Below, one piece after another: positions 38,845 through 48,796 of a stretch of 64,000 bases of DNA; within the stretch, counting starts at the first letter, position 1; the number at the start of each line of letters is the position of its first letter. Below the pieces are notes generated by a model that saw only the letters and a program-made list of their open reading frames with translations, was not told the DNA's origin and ran no database searches. Location: the IMG/VR virus record IMGVR_UViG_3300005613_000001, positions 248,001-312,000 of that record. The stretch is one strand, 5' to 3'. The position numbers were made by a program, and so were the translations under genes.

Positions 38845-40113
38845 TTAAATAGGTATCAAATCATTCAAGGTTGGGCCGGTCTTACAGGATACCTTCAATT
38901 TTAATCCAGGTAGGATATCACTCGGACTTTCTAAGACCTCTCTAGCTACTTGGGATATCCGCTTACACTTGCCTTCTGGCACATACAGACCGTAGCCATC
39001 ATGCACACTGAACCCCAGATAGTTTGTTTTTTCCGACAATTTAATAAGCTTCTCCAAACAGACCATACTTGCAGGAGCTTGAATCACAAAATTGCGTACC
39101 CTGTGAATACTGTCAAACTTACGCACCCTTCCTAAGTAATCTGTGGCATATCCTTGGTGCAATTGCTGATTTTTTACAAATGACATCGCGGAAGGGAAAA
39201 GACAGTTCAATCTATTTACTATGTGTTCTGCAAATTTATTAGAAATTTTCAGCTTTTCAGCAAGCACCGGCGTAGAAATGCCATAAATCACCGGAAGAAA
39301 CGCCAATTTACTGAATTTTCTACGCTTCTCAGAATTGCACTTTTCGCCCGTAACCATCTCAAATAAAGACTCATAAAAATCAGAACCAGACAACATCTCC
39401 GCTAATGATTCATCCCCAGACAACCACTGCAAAACGGAAACCTCATTATGCCTGTAATCTAAATACATGAACCTCTTATGCTCACCCAAAGGCAAAAAAG
39501 CTTCTCGCTGATCTGGACCTAAACTATGTGGGTTAAATCCCCGTGAGAAAGCTACCGCACACTTCAACCTGCCATTAGCCTGGCCCTCAATCTCATAATG
39601 TGCATAAAGAAGCTGCCGCCTCTTTTGATCTACGATTGCCTTTGTCTCCATATGCGGGATCACCTTTTGAATTAAAGGCAGATGAATGGTCTTATAAATA
39701 TCCCGCCAAAAGACCTTATGATTTTCCACAATATCGCTCATATGCCCCATAGCTTCATGCCATGACGCAGCAGTATAATCCTTGGATAAGTACGCCCCAA
39801 TAATTTTAAGATCAGCTAGAACACCATCAAATTTGAAGTCCGCCCCTGTTTTAAATCTAACATAGCTAAAAAAGGGCTTCATGTTCCAACATATAACGTT
39901 ATTACCTTCTTTAAATACAGTAAGACGCAACAAGGGGAGTATTCGTTGCAGATTGTCTTTTAATCCTACTTTAAAGACGTTCTTCTCGGTATGGATTTCC
40001 AGATCAACTCCCGCCTCAGGATTAGTGAAGTCAATTATTTCGGGGCGGGCACGGACAAAGAATGTTGTTTGTTCTCGTACCAATTCTAGGAGTGCTTGGG
40101 CAGACTTATCCAT
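38845..40113 (-). CDS. Divergent family A DNA polymerase (polymerase domain, exonuclease remnant)
   Basis: GQANGRL, motif A LDYRHNE, motif B RKFSK...VIYG, NFVIQAPA, motif C VHDG. Confidence 0.75.
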   Translation of the reverse strand: MDKSAQALLELVREQTTFFVRARPEIIDFTNPEAGVDLEIHTEKNVFKVGLKDNLQRILPLLRLTVFKEGNNVICWNMKPFFSYVRFKTGADFKFDGVLADLKIIGAYLSKDYTAASWHEAMGHMSDIVENHKVFWRDIYKTIHLPLIQKVIPHMETKAIVDQKRRQLLYAHYEIEGQANGRLKCAVAFSRGFNPHSLGPDQREAFLPLGEHKRFMYLDYRHNEVSVLQWLSGDESLAEMLSGSDFYESLFEMVTGEKCNSEKRRKFSKLAFLPVIYGISTPVLAEKLKISNKFAEHIVNRLNCLFPSAMSFVKNQQLHQGYATDYLGRVRKFDSIHRVRNFVIQAPASMVCLEKLIKLSEKTNYLGFSVHDGYGLYVPEGKCKRISQVAREVLESPSDILPGLKLKVSCKTGPTLNDLIPI

Positions 40114-40171
40114 AGTTTAATAATATACCGATTTTCCACTCATAGATCAACTGGGATCTCTATATTAGTAT

Positions 40172-41050
40172 ATGAAGTTATTATTTATCGGGTGCTATTC
40201 AGAAATAGATGCAAAAGGCAGGAACCTTGGCGACTACCTCTACTTGCAAATCTTAAAACATTACTTCAAAGACTATCAATGCAAGTTTATGCACACAGCC
40301 TCTCCTAAATGTACCTCATTTGTAGAAGAATCAGATTATGTTTTAATTGGAGGCGGAGGCTTGCTTTACCCCTCAGAAAAACATCATGAAAATCTACTAA
40401 AATTACACGAAAGTTTAGCTCAACATAAAAAACCATATGGTTTCATATCTTTAGGAATTCAGTGTGCCGAGTGGCGTCTCCAGAACCCAAAGTTTCCATT
40501 TCCTAAATTAAAACCATTTGTAAAAGATGCTCAATTCGTATTTGCTAGATCAAAATTTGATTTAACCATACTTAAGAAAATTAATCCCAACACAACTTAC
40601 TATCCAGATTTGTGTTTTGCTTTATTTAAATCTGGATTATTAAAAAGAAAACCAGAATCTTCCCCCCGGTTTAATCTAATAACAATATCAAGTCAAGAAC
40701 ACATACAGCATTATAAAATTATCATAAGGCAATTAGTAAAACTAGGGCTCAGACACATCCACTTGGTATTCTCTAAAGCAGATGATTTCCCAGATGAAGA
40801 ATGGGATAGACTAAAAATAAAGACACCTGAAATTTTCCGTCCTCCTGACTTAATTTCATGCGCTGAGTATTTTGAAGATGCTTCATATGTTTATACATCT
40901 AGATTTCATGGGTTTCTATTTGCTAAGCTATTGAGAGTAGGACACATCATCCCTATGTTGCCTACATACAAGATTGTTAATTATAATACTTTCGATGAGC
41001 AGCAAGCTATCAATCAGTTACGTCGCATAAAGATGATTCTTAAGTCATAG
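40172..41050 (+). CDS. Polysaccharide pyruvyl transferase family protein
   Basis: NLGD, LIGGGGLL, FARS, PDLCF, TSRFHG. Confidence 0.8.
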   Translation: MKLLFIGCYSEIDAKGRNLGDYLYLQILKHYFKDYQCKFMHTASPKCTSFVEESDYVLIGGGGLLYPSEKHHENLLKLHESLAQHKKPYGFISLGIQCAEWRLQNPKFPFPKLKPFVKDAQFVFARSKFDLTILKKINPNTTYYPDLCFALFKSGLLKRKPESSPRFNLITISSQEHIQHYKIIIRQLVKLGLRHIHLVFSKADDFPDEEWDRLKIKTPEIFRPPDLISCAEYFEDASYVYTSRFHGFLFAKLLRVGHIIPMLPTYKIVNYNTFDEQQAINQLRRIKMILKS

Positions 41051-41428
41051 ATTTCTTATTTATTTCTGCGCATACCGGGGCTTCCCTAAGGCATAGAGTA
41101 TTTATATTACTTCATGTATACTCTATATCTTCATGTTTACATCGTATTAAACATGAGCCACAAGTGAGATAGATCCAAGGCTATAACAGTCTTCTCCCCT
41201 ACTAACAACTTGTTTAATTAGTTCTATGCCATTAAGCGACCAACGCCCACCCCGTAGTGACAGGATCAAACACCTGCTGGTATGTTGGACAAAAACCTTA
41301 CTTTAAGGGGAAACAAGTCTTTCAGTTCAGTGACAAAATACATCATGTAGTTTTATATTCCGATTCTTTTTCTGCAATTAAGGCATGGGGAAGAACACGG
41401 CACAACGTAACCTAATTCCTTGGTGGTT

Positions 41429-41456
41429 ATTATAGTAGGGAGGATTTAATTGTCAA
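41429..41456 (-). promoter_or_regulatory. Consensus sigma70 promoter pointing into an ORF-free region
   Basis: TTGACA-N16-TATAAT. Confidence 0.6.
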
Positions 41457-41477
41457 CTTCCCTACTCTTTTAAAAAT

Positions 41478-42416
41478 ATGAACCAAAAAACAAAACCAGA
41501 TTGGCGTGAGAGATTAGATGCTAAGAATAAAGAATTCAAGGAAAAAGCATTAGAAAATTATAAGGATGACTACGATTTTAGTGTTATGGGGGAATTCGCT
41601 GGTGACTTAGCCATTATTATGGAAAATCAGCGACTTATGAACGATGCGCTCCCAAAAAATGATCCAATTGACCTTCAATTAATATATGATATATACACTA
41701 AGTTCTTAGGTTGGCATCTTGTTTCTATTCAACCCATGCTTGGACCCGCCTCTCTTGTTTATTATCCTAAATTTCAACGGAACGAAGTTTCAGAGGATAT
41801 AGATTTAAACCTTGTTTCGGAGGAAATTGCGGCTAGAACTAGGAAATTAAGAACAGTTGATTTAGATAGCGAAGGCGACCTTTCCGAGCGTATAGCTAAT
41901 GAAATGACCAGAGAAGTTGCAACAGATTTGAGGAATAATGCTGGGACAGTAGCAACGAGAACTGATGCCGATGACAGACCTCTGTATTTAGCTATGATGG
42001 AAGTAAGTGGTGTTATTCATCGCAAGACATTGATTGATGGCTCTAATTGGATTTATACTACTCCCTCTTTAGCGGAAGAGCTTTTTGAACCTTACGGTAA
42101 AGGGGCGACTCTAGTTAAATCGGATGCTGAAATTTACAAAGCTGGCGTTATGGGTGGCCGCTGGTCGGTATATGTTGATACAAAAGCCCCTGAAAATGAA
42201 ATTCTCATTGGTTATAGAGGAAGAGAACCAGACGCTTATTCGCAGCGTAGTTGGTATTATAAGGCGGGATATTTCTACTGTCCTTATATTGCTTTAACTA
42301 AAACTCCTGGCATAAATACAGAAGACTTCTCCTCCCGTGGCGGATATTTAATGAGATACGGGAAAAAGTTGACAAGAGAGGGTGCGAAGTATTATGCTAA
42401 GCTCAAAATAGAATGA
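41478..42416 (+). CDS. Short T4 gp23/gp24-like capsid protein paralog
   Basis: LVSIQPMLGPASLVYY, IAARTRKL, GRWSVYVD, LIGYRG, AGYFYCPYIAL, MRYG. Confidence 0.8.
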   Translation: MNQKTKPDWRERLDAKNKEFKEKALENYKDDYDFSVMGEFAGDLAIIMENQRLMNDALPKNDPIDLQLIYDIYTKFLGWHLVSIQPMLGPASLVYYPKFQRNEVSEDIDLNLVSEEIAARTRKLRTVDLDSEGDLSERIANEMTREVATDLRNNAGTVATRTDADDRPLYLAMMEVSGVIHRKTLIDGSNWIYTTPSLAEELFEPYGKGATLVKSDAEIYKAGVMGGRWSVYVDTKAPENEILIGYRGREPDAYSQRSWYYKAGYFYCPYIALTKTPGINTEDFSSRGGYLMRYGKKLTREGAKYYAKLKIE

Positions 42417-42419
42417 GCA

Positions 42420-43100
42420 ATGGACAGACTTTACCAAATTCTCGAATATAACATGACTCGCCAACAAGCCAAGGCGTTTAAAGTTGCCTTGATTTGGGAG
42501 GAGCTAACTAAGAAGCTCTACCCAGGGGAGCAATGTGGTAGGTTGAATAGAAAAGGTGACCCACGCAAGTCAATTCTCTTTAAATATTGTTATAAATTGG
42601 TCCGCACGATGCAGGGAGTCATTCTTGATGACCAATATCGTTATTATATTCGCGCTCAATTAGACACTCTTAGGAATTATAAAGTTGGGGATTGTCACGC
42701 CAATATTAATCCTAGTTGTTTAGTGGGGAAGAAAGCTTGGTGGAGATGGACAACATGGGCTAAGAAGTTACAATCTATGGAGCGAACGAGCAAAGTAGAG
42801 ATATCGCCATTAGAGTCCAAAATTAAGGCTCGGCTTAAGAAAACTAAAGAGTTTCTTTTACATGAATTTAAAAAACTCCCCACCAAGGAAGATATATGCA
42901 AGGCGTATGAAAGTAGAGCATTAATTAGATGGATTGTATTGGGTAAGGTATGTGGCTATTATGCTGTATTATCGCCCCAGATTGCACAATGCTTAGGCAG
43001 TAAAAACTTTGATGACGCATTCCGGTTTGACACACAGATTTACAGATCACATATTACACCTGAGATCGAGAAGTTTTTTGAGGATGAGTTTGGTGATTAA
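42420..43100 (+). CDS. Hypothetical protein
   Basis: ORF. Confidence 0.65.
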   Translation: MDRLYQILEYNMTRQQAKAFKVALIWEELTKKLYPGEQCGRLNRKGDPRKSILFKYCYKLVRTMQGVILDDQYRYYIRAQLDTLRNYKVGDCHANINPSCLVGKKAWWRWTTWAKKLQSMERTSKVEISPLESKIKARLKKTKEFLLHEFKKLPTKEDICKAYESRALIRWIVLGKVCGYYAVLSPQIAQCLGSKNFDDAFRFDTQIYRSHITPEIEKFFEDEFGD

Positions 43101-43885
43101 TACCACTTCATTCCTACGGACATCGCCTCAATAATTTCATCTCTTGATTGGCTGGGGAAGAAGTAGAAGTCATTATCAGACGGCATGATTTCCCATTTAT
43201 GCCCTCCAAGTGACGATTCCACGTTAGTATTAAGGACTCTTATTTTGCCAGATTGGGGGTCAAAACTTATATCGGTTAGATTTTCTTCCACTCTTTGTTG
43301 GTCGGGGGCTTGTATTCCGTGGCCTCTTACCCCAAGTTTTATGATGTAGTTAGTATCATTGATTTTAGTCACACCTTCAAAGATGAAGATATCGTGGGCA
43401 ACTCGTCTAAACTTATTCGCCATTCCTACTACTAGATTTTCTAGTTCTGGGTATTGTGATTTAGGACTTTCTAGGGGTTGGTTATCTACATATTTTATTA
43501 AATTAAATACTTCGTCAGCTACGTTTTCTTCAAATCCTCCATAACCATCACGATTTATTTGGTAATATTTCTTAGTGAGCCATACTTTATTTCCCTGCAA
43601 GTCTACACCCATCTTAGCTACTTCTAATGCAAGAGTAGGACTGATTTCTAGTTTGATGGCTCCCGGCCTATCCCCCCAATGGATTTCATTAACATATTTA
43701 ATTTTCGCCTTTTTGCCGGGGAGATGACGGTCTTTTAAGAGTCCTGTCAATTCATCTATATCAAAGTTGTGAATTGGCTTTTCTTCCTCAACCCTATTTT
43801 TAGGGGCGGGTTCTTTGTCTCGTTCGAAGCCAAACAGATCATTAAGATCAGTTTCCAGCCATAATTTGAAGTTTAGATCTTTCAT
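43097..43885 (-). CDS. Hypothetical protein with CTS-like N-terminus (start moved to 43885)
   Basis: MKDLNFKLWLE; TAAATA 8 nt upstream. Confidence 0.65.
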   Translation of the reverse strand: MKDLNFKLWLETDLNDLFGFERDKEPAPKNRVEEEKPIHNFDIDELTGLLKDRHLPGKKAKIKYVNEIHWGDRPGAIKLEISPTLALEVAKMGVDLQGNKVWLTKKYYQINRDGYGGFEENVADEVFNLIKYVDNQPLESPKSQYPELENLVVGMANKFRRVAHDIFIFEGVTKINDTNYIIKLGVRGHGIQAPDQQRVEENLTDISFDPQSGKIRVLNTNVESSLGGHKWEIMPSDNDFYFFPSQSRDEIIEAMSVGMKWY

Positions 43886-43911
43886 TGCTACACTATTTAT
43901 GTTAATATATC

Positions 43912-43919
43912 TATAAATA
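43912..43919 (+). promoter_or_regulatory. T4-type late promoter box
   Basis: Exact TATAAATA 4 nt before ATG 43924; back-to-back with a TAAATA on the minus strand. Confidence 0.6.
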
Positions 43920-43923
43920 CAAT

Positions 43924-44229
43924 ATGAAAACATTTCAAATTTGGGTTGAGTCAAGGCAAAAACAGGAAATCGCGGATACTCTGGTATCACAATTGGGATT
44001 AAATAAAGAAACTGGGCTATCTGCGCCCCTTGATAGTTTTGATCCTTCTGATTTAGCAAGCAAAATACAGGGATTGGGCATTTGGAGACAATTATCCCCT
44101 GAAAAACAGGCTGCTGTCAAGGGTAAAATAGATAATCAACAAGGGACCATTGGTGATTTAGTTGATGAGATGATAGAAATTGATACTTCTGGCAACTTAG
44201 GTGGTGTCTCGCCTCCAATTGGAGTTTAA
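43924..44229 (+). CDS. Hypothetical protein with CTS-like N-terminus
   Basis: MKTFQIWVES. Confidence 0.65.
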   Translation: MKTFQIWVESRQKQEIADTLVSQLGLNKETGLSAPLDSFDPSDLASKIQGLGIWRQLSPEKQAAVKGKIDNQQGTIGDLVDEMIEIDTSGNLGGVSPPIGV

Positions 44230-44230
44230 T

Positions 44231-44857
44231 ATGGAATTGTTATTAATCCGACATGCTGAAAGTAATTTCAACTCTCGGAAGTCTAAGCATCTGGATTCAA
44301 AACTCACCGCTAGAGGAAAGAGACAAGGAGGCGAGTGCGCTGAGTTCATAAGTCGTAATTTTGAAGATTTAGAAGAATGGCAAGGGATTACAAGTCCCTA
44401 TTTTCGCACCCTTGCTACATCTAGAATGATATCAAAACGAACGCTGATTCCATTTAAAATTGACTGGCGAGTTCGGGAGTACGGCCACAGGTCGTCTGGA
44501 TATCACGAAAGCACCATCATCAGGGTGCCAGAGAGGCGAGAAGAATTTCCTGAGATTTTTGAGAGTGTCCCACCCAAACCGGAGTGGGCTCATGGATATG
44601 AAACAGAAGATGATCTACTAGAGAGACTTGTAGATTTTATCCAGGCATTAAGAACTGAAAATGGGAAATACATTGTGGTTTCACATGGCGTTCCAATTTA
44701 CACCATGATTCATATTTTAAATGGCTCACATCATGTTCCTGCTTGGGATAGACAAATATTAAATACAAGTATTAGCCATTTTGAAGAAGATCATTTCCAT
44801 TATATCGCTAAATTTGTGAATACAGGGGAAGATCCCAGGAAGAAATTATTACTATAA
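44231..44857 (+). CDS. Histidine phosphatase (phosphoglycerate mutase family)
   Basis: LIRHAES, LTARG, SPYFRTLAT, REY, VVSHG, NTSIS. Confidence 0.88.
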   Translation: MELLLIRHAESNFNSRKSKHLDSKLTARGKRQGGECAEFISRNFEDLEEWQGITSPYFRTLATSRMISKRTLIPFKIDWRVREYGHRSSGYHESTIIRVPERREEFPEIFESVPPKPEWAHGYETEDDLLERLVDFIQALRTENGKYIVVSHGVPIYTMIHILNGSHHVPAWDRQILNTSISHFEEDHFHYIAKFVNTGEDPRKKLLL

Positions 44858-45511
44858 GTGTGTAATTGTAGTAAAAAAATGTGAATACTTAGTGTCGTGG
44901 AAAAAGGACACTATATCATTATAATTTATAGCTGATTTCTTACCTTGGGGATTTGTTGGCCTAAAGTGTTTAATAAGTTTCTTTTGTTCTATTCCTATAA
45001 AATCTTGAACTTCACATAAAGTATCATTCCATCTTCTAACCAAATCTGTATATTGTATTTCAATTGATTGGCAATTGCTAAAAATACATTTCCATAAATT
45101 TGCTTTTTTTGTGTGATTGTCAAAAAATATTTTAACTTGTTGAGGATTTAAAAATATAGAGCAGTTTGGATATTTCTGTTCTTTCTTTTTAATATGCCAA
45201 ATTCTTGTTTTCTTTGCTATTTTAAAAGATAAAAAACAATCAAATAAATTTCTATTTAAAAATATTATCTTGGGTTTCTTTTTTTTTAAAAACATAATTG
45301 AATTAAAATCTCTATCAACTTTAAGTTGATTTAATAATAATTTAAATGTATTGAAATTACGGGCTGTTTTTTTTACATGTTGAAGGCATGTGTTTTTAGC
45401 AAAAGGTTCAAAATTTGAAAATGGTGGAATTTTGATCGATGGATGTTGAGATAAGGCAGAGCAAAGAAGAGTGCTCCCTGATCTAGCTGAAGTGATAATT
45501 ATTGTCGGCAT
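44852..45511 (-). CDS. Sulfotransferase (Stf0-like)
   Basis: TSARSGSTLL, FLNRN, YTDL. Confidence 0.7.
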   Translation of the reverse strand: MPTIIITSARSGSTLLCSALSQHPSIKIPPFSNFEPFAKNTCLQHVKKTARNFNTFKLLLNQLKVDRDFNSIMFLKKKKPKIIFLNRNLFDCFLSFKIAKKTRIWHIKKKEQKYPNCSIFLNPQQVKIFFDNHTKKANLWKCIFSNCQSIEIQYTDLVRRWNDTLCEVQDFIGIEQKKLIKHFRPTNPQGKKSAINYNDIVSFFHDTKYSHFFTTITHL

Positions 45512-46051
45512 TTAATCTAAGAAATCATCCACTTTGGGGTCCATATGCCATTGCATTAATTGTTTAAAAATAACTTGATTAGGAACTCCGTGAATATTTC
45601 TATCTCCCATCTTTAATGCTGCAAATTGAAGTCTGCTTAGATTTTTAATTTTATCTCTCAAGAGTTCAACGAGTTTATCCATTTGTTCTGGCTGGGCGAA
45701 CTTTACTTCATAATTATGAATGTAAGCAGCCTCAACATAGGGTTGCATATGTGATTTCTTAACATTGGTGTTATCAACAAATATCGGGCTGATACCACCT
45801 TCCATTGCTTTTACTACTCTTTCTAAATTTTGCCTATGGAACCAGTGCATTTTGTTAGCAGCCATAGCGGCCCTAATGTTATCTTCGTATTCTTCTTTTG
45901 TTTTGCCTTCCAAATAATCATCTGTTGAGAAGATCACGCCTCCTAGTTCTTTAGCCATTTTTCGCGCAAGGGTAGATTTCCCTGTGCCGGAGATGCCCCG
46001 CATAAGGTAAAGAATGCGACTTTCGTTTTCTAGGAATGTCTTAAAATCCAA
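45512..46051 (-). CDS. P-loop kinase (N4BP2/PNK-like) with CTS-like N-terminus
   Basis: MDFKTFLENE; LMRGISGTGKST, FSTDDY, VDNTN, HGVP. Confidence 0.8.
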   Translation of the reverse strand: MDFKTFLENESRILYLMRGISGTGKSTLARKMAKELGGVIFSTDDYLEGKTKEEYEDNIRAAMAANKMHWFHRQNLERVVKAMEGGISPIFVDNTNVKKSHMQPYVEAAYIHNYEVKFAQPEQMDKLVELLRDKIKNLSRLQFAALKMGDRNIHGVPNQVIFKQLMQWHMDPKVDDFLD

Positions 46052-46607
46052 ATTCTTGCCCGCCTCTTAATTCTGGATATTTCTGCAATATTTCTGGAAT
46101 CTTACTTTCCATTTCACGCATGAATTGTTGTTCTGCGGCTTTGGGATCAATTTCATCGGTTAATCCACTTGATTCCCTTTCTGACGAATGGGTTGCTTCG
46201 TGGACAATGGTGGAGGCTATTTGCAGTACCGCCTCTAAATCATTTCTTGCTTGGCTTAGAATTCTTCTCACATTAACGTGAATGGTATTACTAGATTTAA
46301 TATTTTGGGGCTTCACTCCATATTTTTGGTACATCATGGAGGGGATATTACCCAATTCGTCCTTCTGTACACCTCTGTAGATTAGCCATCTTTCCACATC
46401 TGGTGGTAGAAGTTTCTGATTCTCAGCAGAATTATACATTCCATATGCCCCGGTGGCAAGGTTGGCAATCGTAGAGATATTCACTAGCAATTGCGGTCTA
46501 TAGGCCCTCACAAGTTCTACAGCGATATGAGCCTTATCATAGAGAGCATCTATTTGACGTTCATCCACCTGGGTATCTTGTGCTGAAAACCAATCTTTAA
46601 AATTCAT
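46041..46607 (-). CDS. HExxH metallopeptidase-like protein with CTS-like N-terminus (start moved to 46607)
   Basis: MNFKDWF; STIVHEATH; TATATA 5 nt upstream. Confidence 0.6.
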   Translation of the reverse strand: MNFKDWFSAQDTQVDERQIDALYDKAHIAVELVRAYRPQLLVNISTIANLATGAYGMYNSAENQKLLPPDVERWLIYRGVQKDELGNIPSMMYQKYGVKPQNIKSSNTIHVNVRRILSQARNDLEAVLQIASTIVHEATHSSERESSGLTDEIDPKAAEQQFMREMESKIPEILQKYPELRGGQEFGF

Positions 46608-46638
46608 AATGATATATATATTTTGAAGGAGGTTTATT

Positions 46639-46767
46639 ATGGGATGTTGTGGAGGAAAAAACTCGGGCGGTAGGCGAGGGAGAAGCAAACTTATTAATAA
46701 GAAGAGAATGGCAGCCCTAAAAAAAGAACGGGAAGAGATGGCAAAAAAGGCTAAAGAGGAAAAATAA
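46639..46767 (+). CDS. 42-aa basic peptide
   Basis: Hand translation MGCCGGKNSGGRRGRSKLINKKRMAALKKEREEMAKKAKEEK; AAGGAGG upstream; stop abuts next GTG. Confidence 0.65.
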   Translation: MGCCGGKNSGGRRGRSKLINKKRMAALKKEREEMAKKAKEEK

Positions 46768-47205
46768 GTGGATTTCAAAACGTGGCTGAAAGAGAGAGAA
46801 ACCCATAAGGCTGCTGCTATGGCAGTTGTCTATGAAGGTAGGGTATTAATTTTACATAGAGGCCCTACGGCTCCTTGGATGCCAAATAAATGGAATCTTC
46901 CTGGGGGTGACGTAGAAAAGAATGAATCTCCACATGATGCAGCAATGCGAGAATGTAAAGAAGAGGCGGGCATTGTTCCTAAAAATGTAAGAGCATTAAG
47001 AACGTTTCGTGCGCCTGATTACATCTTAGATATTTTCACGGGAGAAGTTTTGACAGATGCGGTAAAAATCAATTGGGAAAGCCAATCATATGCTTGGGTA
47101 ACTCCTGATAAAATAAATCATTATGGGTATGTGCCATTTACGAAAGAAGTGTTAAAGCAAATATTTTCTTCCCACCATGATATTCGTAGCCCAAGCCCTC
47201 TTTGA
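46768..47205 (+). CDS. NUDIX hydrolase with CTS-like N-terminus
   Basis: MDFKTWLKERE; PGGDVEKNESPHDAAMRECKEEAG Nudix box. Confidence 0.88.
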   Translation: MDFKTWLKERETHKAAAMAVVYEGRVLILHRGPTAPWMPNKWNLPGGDVEKNESPHDAAMRECKEEAGIVPKNVRALRTFRAPDYILDIFTGEVLTDAVKINWESQSYAWVTPDKINHYGYVPFTKEVLKQIFSSHHDIRSPSPL

Positions 47206-47488
47206 TGAGATAATCTGTTAAATCTTGACCATCTTCCATTTGGACTTTGGCTAATGCACGTCCAAATTTATCTTTATTTTTAGCCTCAATTAGTTTAACA
47301 GATTTGTTTTCAATCAATTCTCTGACAAATTCAGAAGCTCTCACCCCTTCATCTGTATGATTTTCAGGCGTATTAATTCCATCTAATCGTATCCTGAATT
47401 TTTGTGTGACGCCAAACCCCAATTCTACTAGGGCATCAAAGGTGTCGCCGTCAACTACTTTTATTACATGTCCATTGTAAGTATTCAT
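47138..47488 (-). CDS. Thermonuclease (SNase-like)
   Basis: KVVDGDT, RIRLDGINTPE, DKFGRALA. Confidence 0.88.
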   Translation of the reverse strand: MNTYNGHVIKVVDGDTFDALVELGFGVTQKFRIRLDGINTPENHTDEGVRASEFVRELIENKSVKLIEAKNKDKFGRALAKVQMEDGQDLTDYLIKEGLGYEYHGGKKIFALTLLS

Positions 47489-47496
47489 ACCTGTAT

Positions 47497-48348
47497 CTAG
47501 GTATGATACTTAGCTATTTCCCACGCAACATCCTCAGCGATAGGACAATTCCCTGTAATTCCTCTATTAGCACAGAAAGGTAGTTGATAGGTAAGGTAGG
47601 GATAAAATCCTTGGATTTCGCCATTAACAGGTATTTCAGCTTGAATACCCTTTTTATGTAATTTCAAGCGTTCATATCCAATCAAAGCACAAGGTTCTGG
47701 CATTCTGAAGTTGAATCCCAACTCAGCAAAACTGGGCTTATTCTGTGTTGGACTAGCAATAGCTCTAATCGCCATAGCATTGAGCTTAGAACCCCATTTA
47801 ATTGCTATCATCCCCCCTTCAAAAGTAGATAGATTCTTTGTTTTATAGAAACTAAAACATCCCGCATCTCCAATGGTTCCTATTGGCTGGTTATAATACT
47901 CGCTGTAATAGGTCACTCCTAAAGCCTGTGCGGTGTCTTCTATTACTACTAAATTATTTGAGGCGGCTATTTCCATGATTGTATCCATGTCGCACATTCT
48001 GCCAAATAGATGAACAGGAAGAATAGCCTTAGTATTTGGCGTGATTGCCGCCTCAATTAAATTGACATCAATCAGATGTCTATTGGGGTCAATATCTACA
48101 AAGACTGGTTTAGCACCGGCTATCATGATTGCTGCTGTTGTAGCCGGAAAGGTAAAGGGTGTGGTAATGACTTCATCTGTGGGTTTTAAATTCATTGACC
48201 ACAGGGGGGCAATTAGGGCTGATGTGCCACTATTTACTGCTATCGCTTCCTTTACATCGAATTGTTTTTTAAATTCATCTTCAAACAACTGGCGGATAAT
48301 CTGCGGCATCGACGTGACCTTCAAATCTGGCGGGGACACCCCACACAA
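47497..48348 (-). CDS. DegT/DnrJ aminotransferase, WbpE-like, shortened C-terminus
   Basis: VNSGTSAL, VITTPFTFPAT, PVHLFG, IEDTAQA, SFYKTKNL..FEGG, NFRM. Confidence 0.85.
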   Translation of the reverse strand: MCGVSPPDLKVTSMPQIIRQLFEDEFKKQFDVKEAIAVNSGTSALIAPLWSMNLKPTDEVITTPFTFPATTAAIMIAGAKPVFVDIDPNRHLIDVNLIEAAITPNTKAILPVHLFGRMCDMDTIMEIAASNNLVVIEDTAQALGVTYYSEYYNQPIGTIGDAGCFSFYKTKNLSTFEGGMIAIKWGSKLNAMAIRAIASPTQNKPSFAELGFNFRMPEPCALIGYERLKLHKKGIQAEIPVNGEIQGFYPYLTYQLPFCANRGITGNCPIAEDVAWEIAKYHT

Positions 48349-48796
48349 TAGTATTATCTTCTACATCATGAGTGACAACTGATCCTGCTCCTACCACTGC
48401 GTTTTCTCCTATAGTAATCCCACAACGTATAGTGGAATTAGCTCCTATAGTCGCCCCTTTTTTAATTAACGTTTGTTCAAATTCTCCCTGTCTGTATGCT
48501 CTGGGCAGCCTAACATTAGTAAACACTACTGAGGGACCAACAAACACGTCATCTTCTATTTCTACACCTTCATAGACGCTGACATTGTTTTGTATTTTAA
48601 CACGATTGCCTATTATCACATTTGGGCCAATATTTACATTTTGACCTAAAGTGCAATTATCGCCTATGATTGCTCCATTTTGAATGTGGCAAAAGTGCCA
48701 AATATTAGTTTCATTTCCTATATCAACACGTCCATCTGCACAAGATGATTCATGTATGTAATATGTTGTTCCATTTGGTAATCTATTAATCTTCAT
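48281..48796 (-). CDS. Hexapeptide N-acetyltransferase, WbpD-like
   Basis: IWHFCHI, LGQNV, KIQNNVSVYEGV, GPSVVFTN, ATIGANSTI, GVPAR. Confidence 0.88.
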   Translation of the reverse strand: MKINRLPNGTTYYIHESSCADGRVDIGNETNIWHFCHIQNGAIIGDNCTLGQNVNIGPNVIIGNRVKIQNNVSVYEGVEIEDDVFVGPSVVFTNVRLPRAYRQGEFEQTLIKKGATIGANSTIRCGITIGENAVVGAGSVVTHDVEDNTIVWGVPARFEGHVDAADYPPVV

